Shown: positions 10,952 to 25,100, numbered from the whole stretch's first letter. The stretch: 63,299 nt of DNA, filler included, from Reticulomyxa filosa (GCA_000512085.1; 14 parts of 14 records of this genome joined end to end with filler, not necessarily neighbours in it); one strand, 5' to 3'. Program-made: numbers and translations. The notes: generated by a model not told the origin, from the sequence alone.

Positions 10952-12467
10952 TTTTCTTCCTCATTTTCATTTTCTTCCTCTCTTTTTTGATACCGTCCAA
11001 AGATCTTTCGAGTGTCTTCATCACATCGTTTTTCATGAGCCAAGTCTTGCAAATTTGAAGGAAAAGATTTTTCCAAATGGTGCATCTCTTATTTGAATTT
11101 TTCTTTTTGTACAACACTTCGACCCGGTCTTTCTGCAATGATCCTTTGTTGATAAGCACTTTCCATGCTTTTCACTCAATATTATGTTTGCCCGTAACGT
11201 CGACGAGCAAGATTCACTGCTTTCGGTGCACTGTATAGAAACACGCACAAATATGATAACACAAGGCAAGTATATTCTTTTTTTACTGTTGTTGTGAACT
11301 TGGAGTATTTCTTCCATCATAATTATCGATCCACCAATTATCGAGTTCAAGTCCCGTTTCTCGCAGCCACTAAAGTCAGTCCGCCAACCCATTTCACGAC
11401 ACCTTTACGAACACGACTTCCAACTTTGACGTTTTTGCTTCTTGTGTCGACCCTATCACGGCAGCCCTTGGTAACTCACAAGGCATGGAATTTTCCGTCA
11501 TGTGCCCCCTTTATCCGTCATGACCCCTTTATCTGTCATGTGCACCCTTTATCAATTGATCAACTCCAAAATTATCATTTCCTCGCATTTGCTAAATCCA
11601 ATGAATTTGATCTCACTTCATTTTGTCATGGATCATTTTACTTTACGTCGACTTTGCAAGCTTGGACGAACTGGAAGCTGGACTGGACTCCGTCGTACCG
11701 AACCAACGCTCAAGCAGCAAAACACACTCAAAACATCTTGATCCGTCTTGTCAATGTGAATGTCCATGAATTCTTTAAATACAGTTATCTACATAGGGCT
11801 GCCACTTGTCCAACTCAATGACGATGGCAATTTGATCTTTAGAATAGGCTTTTCATAAGAAACAAATGGTTCAAATTGCGCAGCCTCTTGTTCGAAAATG
11901 GCCTCCTATTAAAGGCATCAGGGTCAATCCTCCGTGGGCAGAATCAGATGGTATTTCCCAATAAACAATAAGACTATTTTTTCTTCTTCACTACCAAGTG
12001 TTTCTTTTATTTCTTTTTGTTGTACAGTTTCAACTTCCATCGTTGTTATTCTTGCACGTACCTGTCGTCTTTACCACTCGGCCAATGAAGTTCGTCGTGT
12101 TTGCATGCTTTCAATTTCGCATAGCTGCCCTTTTTTGTGCGGATTGCTGCATTGGAAACTTCTTTCTTTGTGCAAAATTCCAACTGACATATGATACACC
12201 AAACGATACTGTTCCGCATATGCTTCTATCTTTGTCATATAAATATGTATTTATTTATTTGTTGCTTATTATTACAAACAGAAATAACACAAAATAAAAT
12301 ATCAACTTTGGAATGAAGCGTGTCGTCTTGATAGTAGGCTTCGTCATCATGCTATGCTGTTTATTGTGCTGATTGAAGCGCAAATACCAAGACTTTTCAA
12401 GACGTGTTAATTGTAGTCAAATTGGATCGATGGAGTCAAATGCAACGGCAGCAATATCAATGGAGTT
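10952..12467 (-). pseudogene. Decayed genomic copy of the multi-CAP-Gly gene
   Basis: The reverse complement is similar to segments of about 6080-7150 and 8430-9120, including intron sequence (11240-11295 vs 8620-8697). It has many deletions and frameshifts. 12410-12467 resembles 5941-6000 in the opposite (plus) orientation. Confidence 0.88.
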
Positions 12468-13339
12468 NNNNNNNNNNNNNNNNNNNNNNNNNNNNNNNNN
12501 NNNNNNNNNNNTTAATTAATTAANNNNNNNNNNNNNNNNNNNNNNNNNNNNNNNNNNNNNNNNNNNNTTTATATGCCTCGTTCGGTGAAGAAAAAAACAA
12601 AAGATAGTAAAGATAGTAATAAGTAATTTGTAATTGTTTTGGTGTGAGAAGAAGGTTGGATGGTGTAGTTAGCTTGTGTTCTGGATGCTTTTTGTGATCA
12701 TTGACCTTTCCGGAATGAATTTTTTTTCTTTGTTGGTTTTTTTTTTTTTTTAAATATTTTTAAGTTTTACAATCCCTACTTTAACTAGAGAAAAACATCT
12801 TAATGATGGCAAATGTAAAGTTTTTGTCATGTTGAAGAAAGTAAATCAAATGTGGTGATCTGATCAAATTGTGTTTAGCATTCTTATAATTAATAATATC
12901 AAATATATTCGCTTTGGTAACTCAATTATAGTATAAGTATGTACTGCTTGAGTCATGTTAGTCTTAAATAACTCGCAGACACTTAGATGTGAATAAACTT
13001 CACAAGCTTCAGATTTGAGTTCAAGTCTCACATGAAGCGAAACTAATAATTTAAATGACTTCATTAAAAAAAATAGTATTTGTATTAATTTTACAGTTTG
13101 GACGTCAAAAATTTATTCGAGCGAAATCAGCAAAAATTATTGAGAATTTGTCAACAAGTGCGTTAAGCACAAAAAAAAAAATTAAATTTAAAAAAAAACG
13201 GTAAGATAAACATTACTTTGCTCCATTCACAATAAAAAAAAAATGACACTACAAAGAGAGGCTTGAGAGCCTTTATAAAATTTTAAAATTTAAATAATAA
13301 ATGATAAGACGACTACTAATAAGTCCATTCATTTTGATT

Positions 13340-14230
13340 TTTTCCACCTTGTCAATTCGTTAAACCAATCTACGATTCATAATCAAATTCTCGTCGCTTC
13401 TATAAAACAAAAACAAACAATTATACGTAAAAAAAATTTTCTAAAGTATACTTCTTTAAAAAAAAAAACTAACTTTTTTTTGATAAATGATAAACTCCTC
13501 AAAATTTTCTTTTTCCAAGTGACTTACTGGCCAAATCGTCTGCGCTCGTTTTATCCACATTTATCCTTTTATTTATTTTTTTCTTTTTATTTTTTATTTT
13601 TTTCTTCTTTTTATTTTTTATTTTTTTCTTATCAATAATTTCCACTTCCGCTTTGCCATCGCCTTTATAATCGAACTTAAACCTAAATAACATAGTGATC
13701 AAAGTTTTTTTTCTTGTTTCAAAAAAAAAAAAAAGAGTAAAAACACTTTCCCCTCCCCAACCGTATATACGTATAAAAAAAAAACACAAAAACCTTTTCT
13801 TCTTTGATTGTTGACCAATTTTAAACGGGAATGCTACTACCAACAGATAGTCTTTTTTAACACTTTTTTTTACATTTTTTTCTTTACAACAGTTTAACCC
13901 GTATAAAAAACGGATGAACTTTAAAGGCGCAAATTTATTTTTATGAACCCTGATAGTGCCGCTTGCACTTTCATACACATGTTGTTCATCATCATCATCT
14001 ATTCTCACCATCACGCGCTCACTTATGTTAACTATTTCAACTTTTTCTTTTATCATCCGTATCCCGGAATATCTTATTTTTTCATCGGGATCGGGTATTA
14101 TACAAATTTTAATTTTTTTATCACTATAAAACACTACAGGGTTCTTCAACATGTATCTTTTGTTAAGCGCAACAATTAGTACTCTCTTTACAATTTTATC
14201 ATTAGAGCAAACGATATTATCATTACCATC
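13340..14230 (-). pseudogene. HSP90: Third, heavily deleted Hsp90 copy
   Basis: KIKICIIPDPD..RYSGIRM, SERVMVRIDDDDEQHVYESASGT and KEKNVKKSVKK. It shares intron text with positions 300-410 and 980-1050. Confidence 0.8.
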
Positions 14231-15829
14231 AGTAATTAACCTATTTATTTTTTTTTTTTTTTATAATACGTAAGTGTTTTTTTTTTTTTTTTAAAGAAAT
14301 TTCTTTACGCGACGATTTCGCAAAAAAAAAAAAAAACAAACCTAATCAATTGTTCGATGCTTGACTTCCAATGTCTTTTTTCTTTTGTTTTTTTCTGGAT
14401 CTCTTCGTTCTTTGATTTCATTTCATTCTTTAAAACCAATATCGTTTGCTCTTGAGGTTTTTCCTCATTTACTTTTTCTCTTGTGGGCGCGTGTGGGATC
14501 TCAGTATTTTCTCTCATTTTTCTTTTTTTAACAAATTAATGACTGAACAACAAGCAAGCTTTAAAAAAAAAAAAGAAAAAAAAAAAANNNNNNNNNNNNN
14601 NNNNNNNNNNNNNNNNNNNNNNNNNNNNNNNTTAATTAATTAANNNNNNNNNNNNNNNNNNNNNNNNNNNNNNNNNNNNNNNNNNNNTGAAATTATTTCT
14701 GTTAATTTAATTTCCCTTTACTGAAGTCGCTTTTTGCAACTAAATTCCTTTCGTATTATAGTTAGTCGTCTCAATATTCCTACACCAACGTTCAACTTAT
14801 TCACTGTAACGCACGCAACATTATTCTTGTATATTATTTTACATATGTTGAATTTTTCATATTAAACAAAAAGAAAATTGTGTAAATATATTCTTTCTAT
14901 TTCAACAAAACAACGACTAATTAGCTTTAGTTTCTTTTTTTGATTTTTGCCAAGTTTTGGATAGTAGAACTTTGGATATTGGCTGATGCATTTAGTAGCC
15001 AAGCACAAAGGCTGTATTGAAATATTGTATAAGTTCCTTATATTACAATATCAAACTGTCCACAGCTAGGAGGAAAGGTTCTAAACTATTGAAAGAAAGC
15101 AGTCCTGATTTATTCTTTCAGCTTGGTCTTTTTAAAGTTCTTTATCATTGCTTATAAAAGTATTGCAAGCATGGTACAGTTGCAGCCAGGTTTATTTTTT
15201 GTCTTTCCTTTGAACTGAAAGGAAGTTTGAAACAATCTGGAAGTTTTAAAAAATCATTTTTTTTCACTCATAAAATTTTTTTTTTTTTCAAATAAATGCA
15301 AGAGTGGTCATTTATTTTTGGTGTTAAAATAAAATCAATTTCTTTTCTCAGAGGAATTCGAAAACAAATTAGCCAATCAAACAACGCTTTCTTTTTCTTC
15401 CAAAAAAATTTGAGAGAATTGTAAGTAATATCTATCAAACACAAAAGAATTTGTTAATATGTTTCGATTCTATTTCTAATAAATATTCAATGAAATTTAA
15501 TGTTACAAAAATATTGTCCTTTGAGAAAATGCATTTTTGGTCATCAAGACAACAAAAAGGCCAAAAATCTATTTTTGGATTAAATCTTACTTTTATAATA
15601 GATGATAGCTACTTGTTTCATCGTTAAAAACAAAGAAATGTATTGAAAAAATCATTTCCAAGAATACTCACAAATCATACAACAACTTTATACTTTGTTT
15701 AAGAATTTCTCCATTAACTTAATTTGTGACGCAGCATTTCAATAAACATTTGTCAAATTAATTCAAATTGCTTAGAAAGAAAGAAAAAGATAAAATAATA
15801 ATGCAAGTTTTGCTATTCACCAATTTTGA

Positions 15830-16005
15830 TAGCACAGAACAAACAAATGTATTTATAAAATGTTTAGATAATAAAGAAAAAATTAAAAATAAAACAAAAC
15901 AGTTGCTTGAAATTGCACATCAATATGGAATTGATGCATACCTTATACAAAATGTAGTGAGATCCACAACGAAAATATTTAAGTAGAGTCCACTGTTTTG
16001 AAATG
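15830..16005 (+). pseudogene. Peptidyl-tRNA hydrolase 2 (PTH2)-like remnant
   Basis: QTNVFIKC...LLEIAHQYGIDAYLIQNVVRSTTKI..VESTVL resembles the PTH2 C-terminal half, but the catalytic DAG motif is lost. Confidence 0.4.
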
Positions 16006-16009
16006 GAGT

Positions 16010-16230
16010 CATCGTTGAAATTCACGGAGGTGGTTATGTGTCGATGGATTTCTATATTATGTAGTTGATTTTTAGAAATCCCAGTCGTTGCAATGAATTA
16101 TACTAATTTTACGATCTACCAATACATTCAAGAAAAATATGTGGAGACGTCCATAGTGGCAAGTAATGTTGGGCTTGCGGTGCTGTTGTCTCCTTTCACG
16201 GATATGTCCTTAAAGTATTCATTCCAGTTA
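16010..16230 (+). pseudogene. Hormone-sensitive-lipase family esterase remnant
   Basis: FHGGGYVSMDF at about 16020 and AVLLSPFTDMS at about 16180. The intervening region is collapsed. Confidence 0.55.
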
Positions 16231-17898
16231 CGAAGAGAACAAAGACAAGAACGCTCATTTATTGTTGAATATGATTGCAAGTGTTAGTAAATTTGTTTCC
16301 AGAACTAGAAATGTAGAAGTCGATGATAAACTCTTTAATTATGATGTACCTCTCCGATTTACCTTGATGTGCGCAAGATGACGAGTGCAAGAGTATTCTT
16401 AACTGTCAGTCAATATGAAATACCTAAAGATTACAGTACTAAAATATATAATAAGATAAAATCGATATCTGACTCTATAACAGCATTCCAGAAGCTATGG
16501 ATACTGTGTTGAATATTGCCTCACTTCTGTCATGAAATTCAAAGTCATATGAAAATGAGTAATTTTCAAAGCTTGTGTAATTAACAAAAACCAACCAAAT
16601 GTAAAGAGAGAAAAAAAGAGTTGATCAGATAAATGTAAAATGTAAAAAGTAGTACGAAAGAGTAAAACTATGTGACATTGCTAATGTTCTATCAAATATG
16701 AAAAGATTTGATATATTGATTAAAACATTTGAGAATATAATACATTGCAAGTAAGGACAGTGGAGATACATAGTGTCATCAGAACTACACAATTTTGCTA
16801 GCAGCTTGAGTGCAATGACAAATACGCAAGAAAGTTTTACCAATCACCATTTAGCTTTTGAAAAAAAAGTCAAATGAATTAATTAAAACATAAATTTGCA
16901 TTTCTAATAAATCAAACATGGAAAAACTATATTTCTCGAATGTAGCAAAACGTTATCAAGATTGAACATATATTCATTTCAATCAATCCAGATTTTTTCC
17001 TTTTGTGCATTTTACTAATTTTTTCAATTACCAATTTGAAAAATAAATTTTTAACATAAATTTCATTAACAAAACTCATATATTTCAAATGTAAATTTTA
17101 TTCATTTATTATAAGAAGTGTGTTGCATGTGAAGATATTCAGAGGTATAATTAAATTTTAAATTCGTGATTTTTGAGAAAAAATATGTCCAATTATTGCC
17201 CAAGTCAAGGGCATATCATTCATATATTTTTTTTCGTAATTATCAGGCTAAAGAAAAATATACATTATTTGTACCCTATTTATATAACATGAATCACACT
17301 TCTTTTTTTTACTTTTTTTTGATTTTTACAAATGCTTTGCTTTACAAATCTGTTTGATCTTTCAAAAAAAGTGATTTAGTTTTGTGACAAGACTGCTGGA
17401 TGATGAAATAATAAGAATGAGTTCTTTGCTTTAATTTACAATTTGGATTAGATTTGAATCCATTCTTCTTTTGATTGAAATGAAATTTGGACATTGGTGA
17501 TACAAATCTGTTTTTTTTAAAGGGCAGTAAAACCCAAAAAACTGTGACTGTTGTGTTGGTTAAACTTGAAAAGAAATAAGGGATCAGCTACAACAGAAAT
17601 TTTAGCACGATTATTATCCTTGAAGATGGCAAAAACTAAGATCTATCTTTATTTTAGTGTTATTATTCCGATATTAGTAGCCTAACCATTGCGTGCTATT
17701 TTGTGAAAATTAGTGCCAAAAAGATTTTTTTGTATGACGCTTGGGAAATTGAAACTTTGAAACAATATGCTGGAATTGAAACTGACATTCAATTTCTTCT
17801 CAATAAAAAAAATTGCTTTTAAATAAGTGAAAAATGAAAAGACTAATAACCGATCCAAACAAGATATTTCCTCCTTTTCCCTTTCATTCTTTTTGCCA

Positions 17899-19921
17899 TC
17901 AGATGACTTTCTCAACAGTATCTAATTGCGAAATTTGATCAAACAAATACTGACATTCTTTCTTTACATCAAGCGGGGTAACCGAGACAACGTCATATTT
18001 GACTCTCCTTTCGTCTTGGTATGTGTCAGTCCTTGCACGGATTTTAAAGACTTTGTTTTTGAAACAAGCATTTCGAAACACAGCTTCATAAGCGTCACCA
18101 TCCCCTCGATTAAGCATTGCTTCAGCTTCTTGGGCTTTCACATTGTTCAATACAATTTCAGCTTGATCATTGAAAGCATTGGTCCATGTTTGTCCACTCC
18201 AATCTGTCAAGCAAAATCGTAGCAAATACCGTGGTTCATAGCGATCATACGTCTTTTGGTTCTGGGCGCAATACCAGGTACCTCTTCCGTCGTCCGTCAC
18301 TTTGGCTTTAGTGTCATTCCCAGGTGCTGCTTTATACCATGGAGGCTTTTCTTGGCTGTGTGATATTGCAGTAATCGTCCCTTTAAGAGTAAAGTATTCC
18401 CCTTTGGATTTGGGGTCGGAGCTTAGTCCAATTTGTGCCTGCTTCACTTCATTCCAATTCACACGGTCATTACCACTATTGGCTCCACCTTGAGTGCCAT
18501 CCAGACTGGTCAGCATTTCTATCGTGCTTAAATCACCTTTATTTGTGTTCAACCATTGTTTCAAACGAGTGGTCTCAGCAACGCTTGGACTGATTTCGAT
18601 ACACCCAGAAGCCGACAAAGACCGATCTTTTTTTTTTTGTTTTGAAAGGTGTGGACAAGCAAAAGAAGATATAAGATGTTACACAGAAAGGGGTTTACAA
18701 ACAGTTTTTTTACTGAACGTGCAAAGTCATTGACACGACAAGCCTTTAAAGCAACAATAGTTAAATGACCCAATTTATTTTCAGTGTATTCTTCGGCAGC
18801 GTTTCCCCACAGAGTGACTTCAATCTTGCCTGTTTCGTCACAAATGACAAAAGTGCGTTTCGGTGTGTCTTTACCACTTTTGTTGCTATGTACAACGGAC
18901 ACGTCGGACACGCGCTCACAAACACCAATGACATCGCAAAAATCGGTCTTGTTCAAATCCTTGATGCTCGCAATTTTGGTAAAGCGATACTTTTGTCCTT
19001 CAATGGTCTTGTCGTCTGCACATATTTGAATATCGCTGTTGGCATCCAACACAATGCTGTAATCATTTGCTATGTGAGTAAATTGCTTCTTTGCCACTGT
19101 CACTTTTCCTCGGCTAATATAGTAAACGCCATTTTTATTCATTATGGAATACCACTTGTCTACTGCGTCATTGAATAACGTTGCTCGGATTTCTCCCCCC
19201 ATTTCATCCAACAAATCCAAACTTGCGACTTTGCCTTCACCACGATCGTTTTTATAAGGACGAACAAGATCTTTTGCGGTTACGCGCACTTTGATACGCC
19301 AACTCGTTTGATAAGGATTCAAGGAAGATACGGGTTGGTAGTTGACTTTATTATTATTACTGCTGTTGCTCGTGTACTGAAATGTATTGTTTTGCGCTTT
19401 TTCATTTTGCGGGGGCTTCGCGTTGCTCGGTGCTTGTTGGTATGGTCCACCGTTTTTTCGCACTGGACCAGTTGCACCGTTGGCCATTGAGCCTACGTTC
19501 TCATTACCTTGTCCCAGGGCGGTTGGGTTGCCTATTGTCTTGACTCCGTCTGATAACACATCCAAACGAATCAGTATTATTGCTTTCTTATTGTCTAGTT
19601 CATTGCATACAAATTCATTCAGACGGACGATTGCATATTTTTGCAATGGTACTAAGGTTCGCGTTTGACTGGCAAGTAGGCCTGGCATAAAATGTGTTCC
19701 ATCGCTTAGTATCACTCTATATCATTTTTCGTGTTCATTGTGTACGAAAAAAATTTTTCGGACATAGTAACAAAAAATTGAATGTTTCCATGTTCTGACC
19801 TAGTTCTTTCACCTTTCTCAGTGACCACTTTTCTTACTTCTAGCAATTGCAACACTGGTTTGAACGAAGTGTCGTTATTTGCAACGCGACTGAGAGCATT
19901 TTTTGTCAATTCGATTGACAT
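17899..19921 (-). CDS. RPA1: Replication protein A 70 kDa subunit (3 exons)
   Basis: ILSDGTHF (N-terminal OB), SLNPYQTSWRIKVRVTAK, GEIRATLFN (DBD-A), DVIGV..TLWG (DBD-B), YLLRFCLTDWSGQTW..FNDQAE (DBD-C). Confidence 0.96.
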
Positions 19922-20352
19922 TGTGAACGTGATTGAAGTACAAATGGATTGTTTTGTTAAGGAAAAATTTTTTTAGTCTTGACCTGTCAACAAACTACAT
20001 TGAAAAAGAGGAAACAAACAATTATTCAACTTAGTATATCATATTGTATTGTAATAAAGAAATTCAACAACGTATTTAATTTATTCGCAGTTTATCAAAT
20101 TGAAACTTTTAGATTACTAATTTTTGTGAAAATTCTTTGTAAAAGTATAGATATTTTGAATTGCACTGATCGTGGGCATATTTAGTATCTATACAACGTA
20201 ACTTATTAGTAAAAACAAGTATTACGAGAAATTCGAACTGTCTACTGCCTGCAAGACCAAAAAACTCTAAAAATTTTAGAACAAAACCATAAATTATGAA
20301 CCAAAAAGATCAAGATAATAATCAAGTTGCTAATTCCAGTACTCTTGTCAAA

Positions 20353-20698
20353 AATGGATCTAAAAAAAAAATCGTCCTCTTCTACGATATTTCCGAAAAA
20401 TCAACCACATGAAAAAAAAGCAACAGCAATTTTGCAAGATAAAGTACCGTCATTACGAAATATATGTTATCTTCAAATAATTAAGAATATCACTCAGTAC
20501 AATGATTTCAACTTTTTACCAGAAGAATTAGCAGCTGAACTGTTAGTTACAATTTTAGATAGGCAAATGCTTAACGAAGCAAATCTTCGACCATTTCTTA
20601 ACACACAACACGAAGTTATTCAAAGATTTTGCAAAGAAAAAGTGGACGTGTTGCGTCTGCCAGTCAATTTACCAAATGGCTGCAGACAATTTAGATAA
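20353..20698 (+). CDS. Small BC-box (Elongin A/SOCS-box-like) protein
   Basis: VPSLRNICYLQIIKNI..FNFLPEELAAELL fits the BC-box/cullin-box pattern. The start codon is uncertain. Confidence 0.55.
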
Positions 20699-22124
20699 TG
20701 TTTGTATTGTTAAAAATAAATTGCTTTTGTTTTTTTTGCTAAGTAATTCTTTCAAAATGAGTTTCTTTTTTATGGCAGCACTCAAAATACTTACTAACTA
20801 TTTTTGAACGTTTTTTTATAATTGTCGTTGTTTTACCAAATTGTCGTTTTTAAAAGGTTGCAAAGTGATAAACTTTTTGCAACAAGTCAATGGTTGATTC
20901 AATAGATCTCAAAGCATTCAATTTTTGGATTATATTTCTGAAGGAAAATATAATCAAATTCTTTCTTTCTCTCAATTGTGTCATCTTAATGCGTATTTAG
21001 CAGGTCTTTTTTTTTACATTTGTATTTTTTCCTTTTCTTCGGTCTATAAATTTAATTTTTTCATAAATTTTATCAAATTATCCATTTTTTAGCAATTTAA
21101 AATCAAATATAATAAAGGCAAACCTTCGTATTTTTATAATTTTTGTCATAATAATTTTTATTCTTCATCAAATGATATCTTGCTGCATAACTATTGACAT
21201 AATTTACATTAATAAAACATACTGATATTGTCAGCAGTACGGAACATTTTTTTTTAGAATACAATCTATTGTTCAACGTTTTGAAAAATAATGCAACAAT
21301 TTTTCAACCCAGACCAATTGAAAAAGTTGCTTTTTCTAACAGATCATCATTTTGGCTGGTATAACAGTCTTAAAGCATAAAAACGAATACTAGAAATACT
21401 TTTAATTAAAGCAGAATACAAAAGAGCACGAATTGAACGTAGAACAAGCAAATACGACCATGAAACAAAAACAAAAAATTCAAAAAAAACTCTTCAACAA
21501 AAAATAACTATACACTTGAACAAAAAATCTAGTTATAAAAGGATTGAAATTTTGAAAAACAGAAAAAACTATAATGTAAGGCATTATCAAGGAAAGTTCA
21601 GTCTGAATTTAAGAATCATTTTTTTCTTAGTAAGCACCTCTCGTGTTACAGTTAGTGTACCAATACTATCAGCAGACGTCTCACATGCTATTATTCTCCA
21701 TTGAGAAATTAGTCATCTCTATAATGTGATATTTTGTGTCAACTCTTTTTTGCGTTACACTGTATTATTTTAAAAAAGCAAATAAAATTGCAACATATGG
21801 AAATTTTAGTGAAATTTCTTTGTGATGAATTGTAGACTAACTAGGTGTACAGTTTTTGAAATGTATATGCGATCCAAATTTATTTAGAAGACATTGTTCT
21901 TCCTTGTGAAATCATTTTTGAACGAAAAAAGTGGACTTAAGTAAAGCAAGAGCATTTGAACTTATTAAACAAGAAACAAATAATGTTTCTCAAAATAAAC
22001 ACGACAACAAGGTCAAATAAAAGAGAAATACAACGCTATTTGACAAATACAAAAAGGTTTGCGTGAAAAAAGAAAAAAAAATAAGCCAATTAAGGGATAC
22101 AATAACAAAAGATGCAATCATTAT

Positions 22125-25100
22125 TTATTTTTTTTGTTTTTGTAATACTTGCAATACCATTTCTGTTGTAAGTGTAACTTCCTTACCATTATACAAAAAT
22201 CTGACTTCTTTGGCAGTGTTCAAGTCAATAGTAAAATGTTGTGAATTTGCCATCCGATGGACAAATTGTTGTTTTGCGCTACTGGGCACAAGTAAAGATA
22301 CTTCTCTGGTTCGGTCATTAGAAGGACGGCCTACAACATCAAAATTTGCGCCAGCATAATACATTTCACTTCCGTTTACAAATTCGTTCAATCGTTGATT
22401 TTTTTCAAATTGAGGATGCAATACTCTACCAAAAAAAGGTATTTGTGTGATGCGCAAAGTGTGCAAAACGTACATATGGTTCTATTTTGTTAAAAAAAAA
22501 AGATAAGTATACCTGAGAAACTCTTCATAATCTACAACCCCATCTTTATTTTGGTCGGCACTGGCAAAAGCGGCACTGATTTGTCGCTTGAACGTTACAT
22601 CTTTGTAACTGGGATTTAGTCGTTCCATGGCGTCTTGCAATTCTTGTTTGGATAAGGCTCCACTCGAATCTTTATCCAAGTCTAAAAATGCTCGAAACAG
22701 TCTCTCGTCTTGCGCGATCAATTGACGACTTGCAGCTACTGTGAGTAACTCATCCAGTGTGATACCTTCCCATAACAAGATTTTTTTATTTGTAAACGTT
22801 GGCATTGCATACATGTAGTTTTAAAATAAAAAAAAAACTAGTTCTATTTCGACTAACGTGCAAAGCAGACAAATAAAATAAACAATCCAACAAAAAAAAT
22901 GAAGACAAACTTCTTGAATCGTCAATATCAATGTTTTGAAACATGGTTTCGATTTGTGCTTCGGTCAATTTCTTGTCACGCTGTTTCATGCCGTTCTTAA
23001 ATTCTTCGAATGAAATGACACCGTCATTGTTTTCATCAAGTGAAGAAAAAAATGTCTATGTGCCGTATGAAAATGGTTGTCTATTTTTGGAAAAAAAGTC
23101 TGTACTAAAAATAAAAAAAATAAAAAAATAAAGAAGATAAATCAAAACTTTGAGATCTTCCACTTCATCGGGTTCCAGATACTTTGCGAAATAGTTACCA
23201 ATGGCGATTTTGAATTTGCTTGTCTTGTTGAATTCCAACAAAGCCTGTTTATGCATTGGTGAAATGTCCGTGTCGTGGCATTCTCCACGTATCCAGGCCG
23301 AGGATAAACACTCCTTTACTGTCCACCGTTTCGCGGCATCACTTTCAAGCATATGTGAGAGTATCTTCATACAATTTTCCGACACTGGAATGTCTTCAGG
23401 GAACCTTTTTTTGTATTTGGTCGGTCGAGCAAGAAAGTCTATCCTTAAAAAAAAAAAAAAAAATGTGAATACGTTACCATGATCCAAATCCCGGTTTAAC
23501 CTCTTTGCAAAAGCCCTTTCGAATTTTCTCTTCGATGATGTGTTCGGCTCCAAACCGTACAATATCATCTTCGTCAGCAAAGAAAGGGGGATATCCGAAC
23601 AACATACAAAACAGAATTACTCCTGCCGACCATACATCTGCACAGCGAGAGTAGTGTCCGGTAAACACTTCAGGGGCCTTTCATTGTTTTGTTTTTATTT
23701 TCCCCTTTCAAATAAGATAAAACTCTTTGATTATGTATAGTGCATACCATATAACTGACGGTACCCACTTTACTTTTCAATTGAGCCAAACGCGGGATTG
23801 CTTTTGCCATGCCAAAGTCAATTAACTTTAACTTGGCATTGGGTTCCTTACTTTCGAAAATGATATTTTCTGGTTTCAAATCTTTGAAAAAAATAATAAG
23901 TAAACAATTGGATTCAATTCAAAAAAAAAAAAAAAGATTAACCTAAATGCAAAATATTTTTATCGTGCATATGATCCAAAGCGCTCAAAATTTGTTTCAA
24001 ATACTGCGCGGCTTGAGCTTCGCTGAAGAAATCTTCGGCGGCAATTCGGTCAAGAAGCTCTCCTCCAGACAGGTATTCCATAACCAGATGCAACTTATGC
24101 CTGTCTTCATAGACATCGTATAATTGGACAATGTTTTCGTGATTGACCATTTTCAAAATGGTGATTTCGTTTTGCATCGCACTCAGCACTTGTTGTCGAG
24201 CCTCTGTCGATATGTGATGGAACCTGGCTTTGTTGATTTCCTTTACACAAACGCGCTGCTTTTGCGGATCAAAGCGGCGATACGCGGCCCACGCCGTGCC
24301 AAATTGTCCAGGCTCGCCCACAGGGTCCAGCAGCACGTAGTCGTCCTCGAACCTTCGAAATTGCTGTGTCACAAATATTGTGTGTTGCTTGCGCATCTCA
24401 GGTTCCGGTTGTGCATTTATTACTTGTGCTTCAATTTCTTCGTCTTCTTCTTCTTCTTCTTCTTCTTCTTCTTCTTCTTCTTCTTTTTTCATCTTTCAAA
24501 TTTACTTCACTTTTACAAAAAAAAAAATAAAAGAAGAATAATGGATACGTATATTCTCGCCTTCTTTCGAGGATGGTCATTTTTGTCCTTTAAAAAAAAA
24601 AAAAAAAAAAACAAACCTCATACAAACAAAACTCTCCCATTGGAATCAAATAATCCCTGTCCTTTTGTGCTTGATTGAATTCGACGTTTTCTCGTTTTTG
24701 ATTGTCATCACTGACTTCAACGGGCCCCGTCACAATCACGGTAGTCTGCTTTTGAGACTTGTTGTGCTTTTTCGCTTCTACAATTTTATGCATCCAAAAA
24801 CAAACCACACACACACATTCGGGTCATTTTTTTCTTTCCCTTCTGTGCACAACGCGACGGGAAAAAAAAAAACAACAAAGCATACATATATACATGCACA
24901 TATTATATGTATGTATGTATGTATGTATATTTTGTTGTGCCACAGCGTACATACCCGTAACACCTTCAACAAATGTGCGGAGTTCAGCTTGGTGGATGTG
25001 CTTTTTATGTGAGTGATCATTGGACGACAAAGACCGAAGAGAGGCAGATGCATCTCCTCCTCGTTGGGGTGGTTCTGCTTCTTCGTGCGATGAAAATGTT

